DNA from: Phycisphaerae bacterium
Lineage (GTDB): Bacteria; Planctomycetota; Phycisphaerae; UBA1845; PWPN01
Assembly (NCBI GenBank): GCA_012729395.1
Contig: JAAYDF010000334.1
Span: 1,714 to 65,713, forward strand
Direction: 5' to 3'
Length of the DNA stretch: 64,000 nucleotides
Below are positions 18,769-27,459 of this stretch, piece after piece. The notes below the pieces were generated by a model. The model did not search any database. It saw nothing but the letters and a program-made list of their open reading frames with translations, and was not told the origin of the DNA. Position 1 is the first letter of the stretch; each line of letters starts with the position of its first letter. Made by a program: the position numbers and the translations under genes.

Positions 18769-19560
18769 GGTCACCGTGACCACGATCACATTGTAAAACA
18801 CATGGCAACCCGCCGCGATTCCGAACCCGCGATACAAGAAAAGGATCGCCAGGTAGATACCCGCCACCGTGCGGAACAGGAAGTCGCCCAGCACGAACGG
18901 GTCCGCCCCCAACGGCGGATGGTGTTGCCCCGCGAACAGCGCCGCCGACAGCAGAATGGCAAACAACCGAGACGCACTCCGCGGAGCCCGGATGATGTTG
19001 ACCAGCAGGATGTCCAGCGCGGTGATACAGATCAGCCGGAAAACCAACTCCTCATACAAACCCGCGCCCAGGCTGCGAATCGCTTGCGGCCCCCATCCGC
19101 CATGCCACTGTGGGGCGCCCGCCAGGAGCGCCTGGTGCAGAACGCGGTTGAAGGCAAACAGCGGAATCGTGCAGACCAGGCTCTCGCCTATCATGGTCAC
19201 GAGAACCAGGGGGTTGATCCGCCAAGGGTGACGCGCCACCAAGTGTGACGCCAGCAGAATCGCCACCAACGCCAAGGCCGGGAAGATATACCCGAACCGC
19301 CCCGCCCCGAGCCAGATGACGATCCGCTCGATGAGGTACGCACTAACAAGTTGCGAGGCCGCCCCTGGTGTGCCGTTCTGCGTGCGATAGATGCCCCACT
19401 CGAAAACCGCGATCATGGGCAGGACGAAAAGCAGGTTCGGCCAGGGTCTCAAGGTCGCATAGGAATACTGCAGCCCCAACAGAGAATCGGGCAGCAGCGG
19501 ACGGCCGGCATCTGCTCCGTCCGATGCCCCTTTGGCTCGTCCTGTCTGTTTCCGACCCAT
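18754..19560 (-). CDS. CPBP family intramembrane glutamic endopeptidase (CAAX protease-like)
   Basis: Polytopic protein with the family motifs EELVFR, FAGQHH and HVFYN. Its stop codon lies inside the right 23-bp direct repeat. Confidence 0.85.
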   Translation of the reverse strand: MGRKQTGRAKGASDGADAGRPLLPDSLLGLQYSYATLRPWPNLLFVLPMIAVFEWGIYRTQNGTPGAASQLVSAYLIERIVIWLGAGRFGYIFPALALVAILLASHLVARHPWRINPLVLVTMIGESLVCTIPLFAFNRVLHQALLAGAPQWHGGWGPQAIRSLGAGLYEELVFRLICITALDILLVNIIRAPRSASRLFAILLSAALFAGQHHPPLGADPFVLGDFLFRTVAGIYLAILFLYRGFGIAAGCHVFYNVIVVTVTSLRV

Positions 19561-19921
19561 GGCGGGCGATTATCGTCCGCCCGACAGGCTTGGCAATACT
19601 GAAACGGCCATTCCGAAATAAAACCCTCCCGTGGGCGATCCAACCCGTTTGAGCATCGAGCCACGGTTGCCATAACCCGAGGCGAGACGGTCGAGGGGCC
19701 GGCCCGACTGAACCTTCCCGCGACCGGCAGATCACGCATCCCCGTTCCCCCGTCGGGCAGTGCAGGCTACCACGGCCGTTTGTGTTCATCTCCCGCGTCG
19801 GCTATCCTGTCGGCGCGGCCCAGTGGATACCTGCCGGGAACCAGCCGACGCTTGGCGGTCTGTCCGTGTCGGGCCATACAGAAACCAAACTCGAACTCGC
19901 CCACAGAGGAACCACGGAGCC

Positions 19922-21001
19922 ATGACGCTCTCACCCATTTTCCGTTCGCACAACGCGGTGGAGGCCCTGAAGTCCCGGGGCTACCTGGACCGCCTCGCGC
20001 CCTCCATCGCCGCAGAGCGGGCGTACGTCGATACCCTGCACGGCCTGCTCGCCGACGTGATCGACCGCCGCTACCTCGCGGACCACATCGTGCGCGCGGA
20101 CGATATCGCGTTCCTTCAAGAGCATTTCTTCCTGACGCTCTTCGATTCGGTGTTTCGGGCCCTGGGTTGCCCCGCACAGAGGCTGCACACCTACGGGCTG
20201 CTCAACCTCTGCGTCAAAGGCCTCGTCGTCTCGGGCGATAATCTCTTCGACAACGAGGCGAAGATGGATTTGCCGTTGGCGCTCGGCAAGGGACGGATGT
20301 TCGCCTCCATCATGCAGATGCTCTGCTTCGACCACTTGGTGATGCGCATCCTGGAGAAGCATCCGCCCGGCCCACCGGAGGACGGTGCGATTCGCTACCG
20401 GCGTGACTTGCTCAACGAGCTGGCCTTCATCGGCACGCTGGAGGGCAGCGAAGAGGCCGGCGTCAACACCATCCTGCCCATGGACACGATGATCGAGCAA
20501 GTCCACGAAGTACGTGGCGGCCTGCTCTTCTCGCTGGCGTTCATCGCGCCGCGGGTTTGGGAGCCGGCCGACCAGCAGGATCGCTGGGCCACCGCTCGCC
20601 GAGGTATCGCTCGGCTCGGTACCGCCTTCCAGATCGTCGATGACCTCACCGATTTCGAGTTTGACCTCACCCGGCGCAGCCACAACGCTCTCGCCGCTCG
20701 CATCGCTCACGACGGTACGCCGGCCGAGAAGGCGGCCTTCGAGCCACTTTGGGCTGGCCAACAGCCCGCCGCCGGCGTGGTCGAGCGGTCATTCCGCGAG
20801 TCCGCACGGGCGGTCCTGACCCGGGCCCGCATCGAGGCTGAGCGCGGCTTCGCCGACCTCGCCGAGCTCGGCTTCTGGTATCCGCCGAAAGACGCCGACC
20901 TCTTCGTCCGCGCCATCGCCGGCGACGCCGGTGACGACCGCATCGACGCCCTGACGACCCGCAGCGAGGGGAAAGGCGGAAGGTTGAAGGTTGAAGGCTA
21001 A
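19922..21001 (+). CDS. Polyprenyl synthase-like (class 1 isoprenoid enzyme fold) protein with atypical first Asp-rich motif
   Basis: ggag RBS then ATG 19922. Second Asp-rich motif in canonical context (LGTAFQIVDDLTDFEFD). About 135 aa upstream there is only SGDNLFDNE, not DDxxD or DDxxxxD. Confidence 0.7.
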   Translation: MTLSPIFRSHNAVEALKSRGYLDRLAPSIAAERAYVDTLHGLLADVIDRRYLADHIVRADDIAFLQEHFFLTLFDSVFRALGCPAQRLHTYGLLNLCVKGLVVSGDNLFDNEAKMDLPLALGKGRMFASIMQMLCFDHLVMRILEKHPPGPPEDGAIRYRRDLLNELAFIGTLEGSEEAGVNTILPMDTMIEQVHEVRGGLLFSLAFIAPRVWEPADQQDRWATARRGIARLGTAFQIVDDLTDFEFDLTRRSHNALAARIAHDGTPAEKAAFEPLWAGQQPAAGVVERSFRESARAVLTRARIEAERGFADLAELGFWYPPKDADLFVRAIAGDAGDDRIDALTTRSEGKGGRLKVEG

Positions 21002-21051
21002 AGTCCTTTGGCCTTGAGCCATCCCCCCCCTCCACGGTTACAATACCGCCG

Positions 21052-22875
21052 ATGTTCGGACGGCATCTTTTCCATCTCTCGCTCGCGGCCAAATGCCGCC
21101 TGTTGTTCGGCTTTGCCGTGGCACTCATTATCGCCTCGGCACTCTTCGTCCCATGGCGATCCTTGGAGAACTTCGTACACGACCGCAACGCCAGACGGGC
21201 GAGGACCTTTGCTCTTCTCGCACGGGCACAACTTGACCCGGCCAGCAAGGATTGGGTGCAACAGCAGGTCCGGCTCAACCAGTGGTGGAACGACAACTGG
21301 AGCGTGCTGCGTCTGCCTGAAAGCAGCCCGCCGCGACTGATCCGCCTGCCACAAAGCGAGTCCCCGCGGGTCACCCAGGAGGAGTTGCTCGCCCAGGCGG
21401 AGACGGCACAGCGACTCCTGCGCCCGCCCCTGGCTGTCGCCGAACGCTGGTTGCGCAGCTCGTCCCCCGTGCAGACAGGCGAAGCTCTCTGGGCGTCGGT
21501 CTCCCAGGAACTGAGAACCCGCGTCGCCGCCAAGTTCCGATCGCTCGGGCGCCATGCCGCCCAGTTGATCGCCGGCGAACAGCTTCTCCTCGACGAATTC
21601 CAACTGAAGACCGTGCGAATGTTCCAGGGTCAAGCCCCTGAGGCGACTCCAGGCGGCGAGATCCCCCACGACGCATGGCGAACTGAGAAGGCACGCGGGA
21701 AGCCCACCACCTACCGGTACATCCTCGCCGTGCGCGGCTCGGCGACAGGCTCGGGGCAACTCCCGCTGCTCGGCATCATCGACGTCAAGCTCGAAGCCAC
21801 CGACACCAACGAGGTTCTGCTCTGGACACGAGTCATGATCGTGCTGGCGGGCTTGTGTGCCGGCCTGCTGGCCATCCTGGTCTTCTACCTCATCGTCCAG
21901 AAGTTCATCCTCGCCCCTGTCCGCGAGCTGACCGTTCTGGCCGAGGAGATCGCCGACGGCGACTTCAGAGCCCGAGCCGACATCGCCACCGGCGACGAGT
22001 TCCAGGAGCTGGCCAACGCTTTTAACGACATGCTCGGACGACTCGAGCGCGCCCGCGTCGAGCTTGAAACGATCAACAAATCGCTGGACACGCGGCTCGG
22101 CGAGCTGGCCCAACGCAACGTCGCCCTCTTCGAAGCCAACCGCCTCAAGAGCGAGTTCCTGGCCAACGTCAGCCACGAGCTTCGCACCCCGCTGACCTCG
22201 ATCATCGGGTTCGCCGACCTGCTGCGCGACATCACCCAGTCCGACGGTCCGGTCGATAAGGCCCGCGGAACACGCTTCGCCCACAACATCCTGACCAGCG
22301 GCCGCAACCTGCTCGACCTGATCAACGACCTGCTCGACCTGGCCAAGATCGAAGCCGGCCGCGTCGAACTCCATCGCACCCGGTTCTCGCTGCTTGATAT
22401 CTGCGAGGCCCTCGACGACTTCATGCGACCCCTGGCCGACAAGAAACAGCTCACCTTGACGGTCGACCTGTCCCCGGACCTGCCTGTCATGCACTCCGAC
22501 GCCGGCAAACTGCGACAGATCCTCTACAACCTGCTCAGCAACGCGGTCAAATACACGCCCGAAGGCGGCCAGGTCCGGCTCACCGCCATCCTCCTGCCCA
22601 ACGGAAGCGTCCAGCTCTCCGTGGCCGACACCGGCCCAGGAATCGCCCCGGAGAACCAGGGCAAGATCTTCGAGAAGTTCAGGCAGCTTGATGCCTCCGT
22701 CACCCGCGAGCACAGCGGCACCGGTCTCGGTTTGGCCATCAGCAGGGAACTGACCAATCTGCTTGGCGGTACGATTCGCGTCGAAAGCGAACCCGGCAAG
22801 GGCGCCGCATTCGTTGTGGAGCTGCCTCTCGAATCCCCCGAGACGGGCCATCGCCCGTTGCCCTCGCTCGTGTGA
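21052..22875 (+). CDS. Sensor histidine kinase (TM - periplasmic - TM - HAMP - HisKA - HATPase)
   Basis: Two TM segments and a HAMP domain (APVRELTVLAEEIADGDF). H-box SEFLANVSHELRTPLTS. N and G boxes (LLSNAVKYTP, GTGLGLAISREL). Confidence 0.9.
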   Translation: MFGRHLFHLSLAAKCRLLFGFAVALIIASALFVPWRSLENFVHDRNARRARTFALLARAQLDPASKDWVQQQVRLNQWWNDNWSVLRLPESSPPRLIRLPQSESPRVTQEELLAQAETAQRLLRPPLAVAERWLRSSSPVQTGEALWASVSQELRTRVAAKFRSLGRHAAQLIAGEQLLLDEFQLKTVRMFQGQAPEATPGGEIPHDAWRTEKARGKPTTYRYILAVRGSATGSGQLPLLGIIDVKLEATDTNEVLLWTRVMIVLAGLCAGLLAILVFYLIVQKFILAPVRELTVLAEEIADGDFRARADIATGDEFQELANAFNDMLGRLERARVELETINKSLDTRLGELAQRNVALFEANRLKSEFLANVSHELRTPLTSIIGFADLLRDITQSDGPVDKARGTRFAHNILTSGRNLLDLINDLLDLAKIEAGRVELHRTRFSLLDICEALDDFMRPLADKKQLTLTVDLSPDLPVMHSDAGKLRQILYNLLSNAVKYTPEGGQVRLTAILLPNGSVQLSVADTGPGIAPENQGKIFEKFRQLDASVTREHSGTGLGLAISRELTNLLGGTIRVESEPGKGAAFVVELPLESPETGHRPLPSLV

Positions 22876-23106
22876 GAGGAGACAACCGGGGCCGGGACGC
22901 CGATCCAATCGACCGGCTCCGCACGAAGCCACATCGCGATGCCTGAGACCAGAGAGGAACACTCGATGGGATCATCGATCACAGCACGAAGAAGTAGCGT
23001 CCGCGTCCCGTGGACCCTGGCGAACCATCACTATTCCCCCAGTGGGCGTGTGAGTCATCTTCTCAGAGCTGCGCCCGCAAGGGACCGGGCACTCACTGCG
23101 GAGAAG

Positions 23107-23133
23107 AACCGCTCCCTGATGGTCGCGGCTCTG
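23107..23133 (+). repeat. REP family 2 copy
   Basis: aaccgctccctgatggtcgcggctctg matches 25378-25404 at 25 of 27 positions. It contains ATG 23119, used here as the heparinase-like gene start. Confidence 0.65.
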
Positions 23134-25272
23134 ATACGCCACGCACCGTGCACACATCTTCTGAAGCACCGCCGCAACGTCGGACTCGCCGTTGTCTCAA
23201 GCGGTGTCCTGCAACTTGCGGTCGTGGTCGCCGGTTTGGCCGCGGCCACCGCATCCGCCTACACCGCCCCGTCGGTCGAAGGGCTGGGCTTCGAGATCGG
23301 GCGACTGGACACCGACAAGGTGGACGCACGGCAACCCAGACTCTTCTGCACGGCGGGGGAAATCAAGCGAGCCCGGCAGCGCGTGCAGGAGGATCTTGCC
23401 GCCCGTAAAACAGGGGATCGGCTCATCGAGACCGCCGACCGGCACAAGACCCTGGATATCCGGCCGCTGGACGAGAGCTGGTGGGACACCGTCAAGAACA
23501 AGCCCTGGGGCGAGACCTACCCCGACGTATTCCTGCACACCATGAAGGAGCCGCTGGTCTACGGATTAGCCGCCGCGGAATCCGCTCAAGCATGGCAACT
23601 GACCGATCGGGAGGAGTACGCCGATCGGGCCGTGGCCGCTCTCATGAACCTGACGCCTTACACTTTCCAGGCCGAGCATTACGACGTCGGCCTCAACTTC
23701 AGCATCTGGGGTTTGCATGCCCTGCGGGCTTACGAGATCCTCTACCCCCGCCTCACCGCCGGGCAACGCCGCGAGGTGGACGACTTCATGACCCGGCTCG
23801 CCTGGGCGGTCGCCCGCAACCATATGTACTGGATCGAGCACAACGTCGGCGGCGGGCTGAACAACCACTTGGCCTGGCATAACCTCACGCTCGGGCTGTT
23901 GGGGCTGTTCTACAATCGCCCGGAGATGGTCGAGGTCTGCATGCAAGGCCCCCGGGGGATGATGCCGATGCTCGAGGAAGGTTTGCTCGACGACGGCCTG
24001 TGGTGCGAGTCCAGCCTCGTCTATCACTTCACCGCCGTCGTGCCGATGATCATCATGGGTGATTGCCAGCGACGCATGGGCCGTCAACCGTCCATGCTGC
24101 ACCTCACCGGAGCCAACGACCGCACACTCAAGCAGGCCTTCGACGCCATGCTCAACACCCTCTTTGCCGACACCATGATCCCACCGATCGGCGACGCCTA
24201 CGGTGCCCGCACCCATCTATGGCAAATGCCCGTCTACGAGTACGCATGGGCCGCCTGGGGCGATCCCCACTACGCCTGGCTGCTGGCCCAGAACCCCGAG
24301 CGGCGGATCGAATCGCTCTTCTCGCCACCCTTGCCGGCAGATCCGCCAGCACCACCCATCGGCACCCTTTTGCGACCCGAGCATGGCTACGCATTTCTGC
24401 GTTCGCATCGTGATGCCGAGTACTGGAACACCGACGCATGGTGCGCCTTCTTGACCTACGACCGCTCCAGCGTCCACGCCAACGCCGACAAGCTCAGCCT
24501 GATGCTCTTCGGTCAAGGCAGACTCCTGCTGCCGGACGTTGAAGGAAAAGCAACCGTTCCCCACGCGTTCAGCTCACGCATCCAGAGCGAACTCAACCGA
24601 GGCGGGCTCAGCCAGAACACGGTGATGATCGACGGCCGCGATCAGCGGTGCGGCCCGGAGATGCTCCGACTGGTCGAGTTCCGCGACCTGCCCGCGGAAA
24701 AGCGCATCACCGCCGCCGACGACAAGGGCTTGCTCTACGAGGGCGTGCGGCAAATGCGCACCGTGGCGATGACGCCCGACTATGTGCTCGATGTGTTCCA
24801 GGTGGACGCCGGTGGTACCGAACGACAGATCGACTGGATTATCCACGCGCTCGACGAGCGGGCCATCGCGCCACCGGACACCAACCCCCATCTGGCAGGC
24901 TGCGAGGCGTTTCCGCTGCCGGACACGGGCGCCTGGGCATGGCTGCGCAACCCCCAGAGCTACATACCTGACGACGACATCCGCATGGAGTGGCGAGCGG
25001 ACCGCGCCCGGTTGCGACTCCACATGCTCAACCCCTCGGCTGAGCGGGTCATCCTCTGCGGCTACCCGGCCACCGATGAGCCCGATTCGGGCGAGATTCC
25101 AATGGTCATCGTTCGTTGCCGCGGCTCGCGGGCGGTCTTCGCCGCGATCTGGCTGATTGGCGACCGACCCGCCCAAGCCGAGTTTCGCACGCTGCCGCCG
25201 CGCGATGGCTCGCTGGTCTACGAGGTTGTCACCGACGGTCACGCTCGCCAGCACCTCGTCCCCGGCCTCTGA
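23119..25272 (+). CDS. Heparinase II/III-like / alginate-lyase-fold polysaccharide lyase
   Basis: Signal-like N-terminus (VGLAVVSSGVLQLAVVVAGLAAATASA), an alpha/alpha toroid-type N-domain, and a C-domain with SVHANADKLSLMLFGQG (heparinase II/III signature region). Start uncertain; the track ORF begins at 22939. Confidence 0.8.
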   Translation: MVAALIRHAPCTHLLKHRRNVGLAVVSSGVLQLAVVVAGLAAATASAYTAPSVEGLGFEIGRLDTDKVDARQPRLFCTAGEIKRARQRVQEDLAARKTGDRLIETADRHKTLDIRPLDESWWDTVKNKPWGETYPDVFLHTMKEPLVYGLAAAESAQAWQLTDREEYADRAVAALMNLTPYTFQAEHYDVGLNFSIWGLHALRAYEILYPRLTAGQRREVDDFMTRLAWAVARNHMYWIEHNVGGGLNNHLAWHNLTLGLLGLFYNRPEMVEVCMQGPRGMMPMLEEGLLDDGLWCESSLVYHFTAVVPMIIMGDCQRRMGRQPSMLHLTGANDRTLKQAFDAMLNTLFADTMIPPIGDAYGARTHLWQMPVYEYAWAAWGDPHYAWLLAQNPERRIESLFSPPLPADPPAPPIGTLLRPEHGYAFLRSHRDAEYWNTDAWCAFLTYDRSSVHANADKLSLMLFGQGRLLLPDVEGKATVPHAFSSRIQSELNRGGLSQNTVMIDGRDQRCGPEMLRLVEFRDLPAEKRITAADDKGLLYEGVRQMRTVAMTPDYVLDVFQVDAGGTERQIDWIIHALDERAIAPPDTNPHLAGCEAFPLPDTGAWAWLRNPQSYIPDDDIRMEWRADRARLRLHMLNPSAERVILCGYPATDEPDSGEIPMVIVRCRGSRAVFAAIWLIGDRPAQAEFRTLPPRDGSLVYEVVTDGHARQHLVPGL

Positions 25273-25326
25273 TAAGACCGCGTGTCGCGATCCGAACCGC
25301 GACTGAGCAGACCCGCGAGTCAGCAA

Positions 25327-25404
25327 AGCCGCGACCGTAAGGAAGCGGGTCCTCCAGGATCGCGTCACATACCCAAAAACCGCTCCCTAACGGTCGCGGC
25401 TCTG
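25327..25404. repeat. REPIN-like inverted doublet of REP family 2
   Basis: Arms are agccgcgaccgtaaggaagcgggt (25327-25350) and aaccgctccctaacggtcgcggctctg (25378-25404). They are reverse complements with about 3 mismatches and a 27-nt spacer. The mutM stop (25365-25367) sits in the spacer. Confidence 0.7.
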
Positions 25405-26279
25405 CTGGCTGCCTTTGCCCCTCTGCCCCTTCTGCCTTTGTGCCTCTGTGCCTTCTGCCTCTGACACTGCGGACAGACAAACGTTCCACGGCCCGCGACC
25501 ACCAGCCGCTCGATGACCGCCCCGCACTTGAGACACGGTTGGCCCGCCCGACCATACACCCGCAAACGCCGCTGAAAGTAGCCCAGTGTGTTCTCCGCCG
25601 TCCGGTAGTCGCTGATACTGCTGCCGCCGGCCCGCACGGCTTCAGTCAGCACGCGCCGGATCGCTGCATGCAGCCGTCTCACCGTCGCAGCATCCAAGTC
25701 ACTGGCCCGCACGGTCGGATGCACCCCGGCCCGGAACAACGACTCATCGCAGTAGATATTCCCCATCCCGCCGATGGGCTGCTGGTCGAGCAGCAGAGCT
25801 TTGATCTGACGCCGGCGAGTGAGTGCCGCCCGAAAGACATTCAGCGGCAGATCCAACGCATCGCGACCAGCGGGCGGCAGACGCCGGCCGATCCAGCCCT
25901 CGCCGTCCGACTCCGCCCTAGTCACCACCCACAACCCCCCGAAACGCCGCGGGTCGCAAAACCGCAGTTCCGTACGCCGTCGCTGGAAGACAATCCTTAG
26001 GTGGGTATGGGGCTCGATCGGGGCTTGGGCGTCCGCCAGCACCAGCCGGCCGGTCATGCCCAAGTGCACGACCAACGACCAGTCGCCGTCCGTCTGCAGC
26101 CACACCTGCTTCGCCCGCCGGGAAACCGCCCGAATACGGCGGCCATGCAATGCCACACAAAGCGGAACCGGTCGCCCATGTTGAATGTCGGCCCGCGCGA
26201 GATGCACCTCGGCCACGCGCCACCCGACCAGGCGCGACAAGCCGCGTACAACCGTCTCGACTTCCGGCAGCTCAGGCAT
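25365..26279 (-). CDS. mutM: Formamidopyrimidine-DNA glycosylase (Fpg/MutM)
   Basis: MPELPEVETV N-terminus (catalytic Pro2/Glu3), H2TH region, and zinc finger CLKC...CPQC. About 31 extra C-terminal codons after CPQCQ are encoded by repeats. Confidence 0.9.
   Translation of the reverse strand: MPELPEVETVVRGLSRLVGWRVAEVHLARADIQHGRPVPLCVALHGRRIRAVSRRAKQVWLQTDGDWSLVVHLGMTGRLVLADAQAPIEPHTHLRIVFQRRRTELRFCDPRRFGGLWVVTRAESDGEGWIGRRLPPAGRDALDLPLNVFRAALTRRRQIKALLLDQQPIGGMGNIYCDESLFRAGVHPTVRASDLDAATVRRLHAAIRRVLTEAVRAGGSSISDYRTAENTLGYFQRRLRVYGRAGQPCLKCGAVIERLVVAGRGTFVCPQCQRQKAQRHKGRRGRGAKAASRAATVRERFLGM
25409..25462. repeat. Second locus of the 15-bp ctgtgccttctgcct minisatellite
   Basis: An exact ctgtgccttctgcct unit at 25446-25460 plus degenerate neighbours. 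It is translated as the QKAQRHKGRRGRGAKAA tail of MutM. Confidence 0.7.
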
Positions 26280-26300
26280 ATCCTCATCATCGCCGCTCGG

Positions 26301-26999
26301 TCATTCGGGCGTTCGCTCGGCTGAGGGCGGCGCCTCGCCCGGTTGAGTCGCGGGCTCCAGCACCTTGTCGATCGCCTCTTCAAGATGTGAGGCAAGATCC
26401 ACCTGGTAAGGCTCGACCGGCACCTCCGCCTCGTCGGCCGCCTGCTTGAGCTCTGCCACCAATGCGGTCAACTCCTCCGCCGTCAGATCGTCCCGGATCT
26501 GGTCGCTATTCGCATCCCCGACAAACAGCTTACCCATGACCTCTTCCGCTTCACTACGTGAAATCGTCTTCTCCACCAGCCCCCGCTCAAAACGCGAGAA
26601 GGCAAGCTTCGCCTCGGCCAGCGTCTCCTCCGTGGGCTTGCAGACCCGCTCGTAACGCCCACGCAGTTCGCTCAACTGCAACAGCGTAAAGAACGGCCCT
26701 TCCGAAAGCTCCTCGGCGATCTCGCCCATCTCAGCCCCGGAGATCCGCCCCTCCTTGTAGTCTGTCCCCAGTCTCTCGGCTATGGTCGTAAGCCGGTCTT
26801 TCTGGTCCTGCGGCAGGTTCGACTCGGCAATCACTCCCTTAATCGGCTCCAGCATCGCGCCAACCACGATCGACCGGAAGTTCATATAAAGGTACGTGCC
26901 GATGCCGGCGCAGACCAAAGCGATCACGACGAAGATGATGGCCAGAACCTTGAGAGCGCCACCGCGACGATTCCAGGATGCCTGAGACTGCTGGTGCAT
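26301..26999 (-). CDS. Hypothetical membrane-anchored protein
   Basis: RBS ggaggt precedes ATG 26999. One N-terminal TM helix (VLAIIFVVIALVCAGIGTYLY), then an acidic helical domain. The track ORF extends to 27347, but that part overlaps a mobile element. Confidence 0.6.
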   Translation of the reverse strand: MHQQSQASWNRRGGALKVLAIIFVVIALVCAGIGTYLYMNFRSIVVGAMLEPIKGVIAESNLPQDQKDRLTTIAERLGTDYKEGRISGAEMGEIAEELSEGPFFTLLQLSELRGRYERVCKPTEETLAEAKLAFSRFERGLVEKTISRSEAEEVMGKLFVGDANSDQIRDDLTAEELTALVAELKQAADEAEVPVEPYQVDLASHLEEAIDKVLEPATQPGEAPPSAERTPE

Positions 27000-27181
27000 A
27001 CGGACCTCCAAGTTCGAGAAACACGCAGAATCTTGAACTGTCGTCAACGCCGGGGCGAACATCGTGCCAGCCGCGCCCCCACACTCACCCGCCGCTCGCA
27101 TTGCCCCGCAACGCGCGGCCAGTCTACGATCATGCCGACCATGGATCAACCACACACCCGCCGGGCGCCCGGCCCTCTCCG

Positions 27182-27348
27182 GTGAGCACGGGGTGCATCC
27201 GAATTTCGGGGGCACTGGGTGGCACTGGTCTGTACCCAGACCAGTGGTTGTCCGCATTTGGCCACGGGTCGGAGTACCGACCCATGCCACCCTCGATACT
27301 TCGCCTTTGGCAACTTGCCACTGAACGGCGGATGCACCCGTGAGCACG
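27182..27348. mobile_element. 149-bp non-autonomous TIR element with 9-bp target-site duplication
   Basis: TSD gtgagcacg at 27182-27190 and 27340-27348 directly abuts perfect 11-bp TIRs: gggtgcatccg (27191-27201) and cggatgcaccc (27329-27339). Internal hairpins at 27223-27246, 27266-27283 and 27308-27320. No coding capacity. Confidence 0.75.
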
Positions 27349-27459
27349 ATGTCCCGCCCCCGGGCGCTTGTCTGGCCGTGCGAATGCCCTTATAGTCCAC
27401 GCTCGCGGTTTATCGAATGAGTGTAAGTCCCCGATCGGACGGAGGTTGAACAGAGATCC

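Noticed and set aside
20998-22962. 654-aa ORF on the minus strand
   Set aside because: Antisense to the HAMP/HisKA/HATPase sensor kinase. It shows low-complexity shadow-frame composition.
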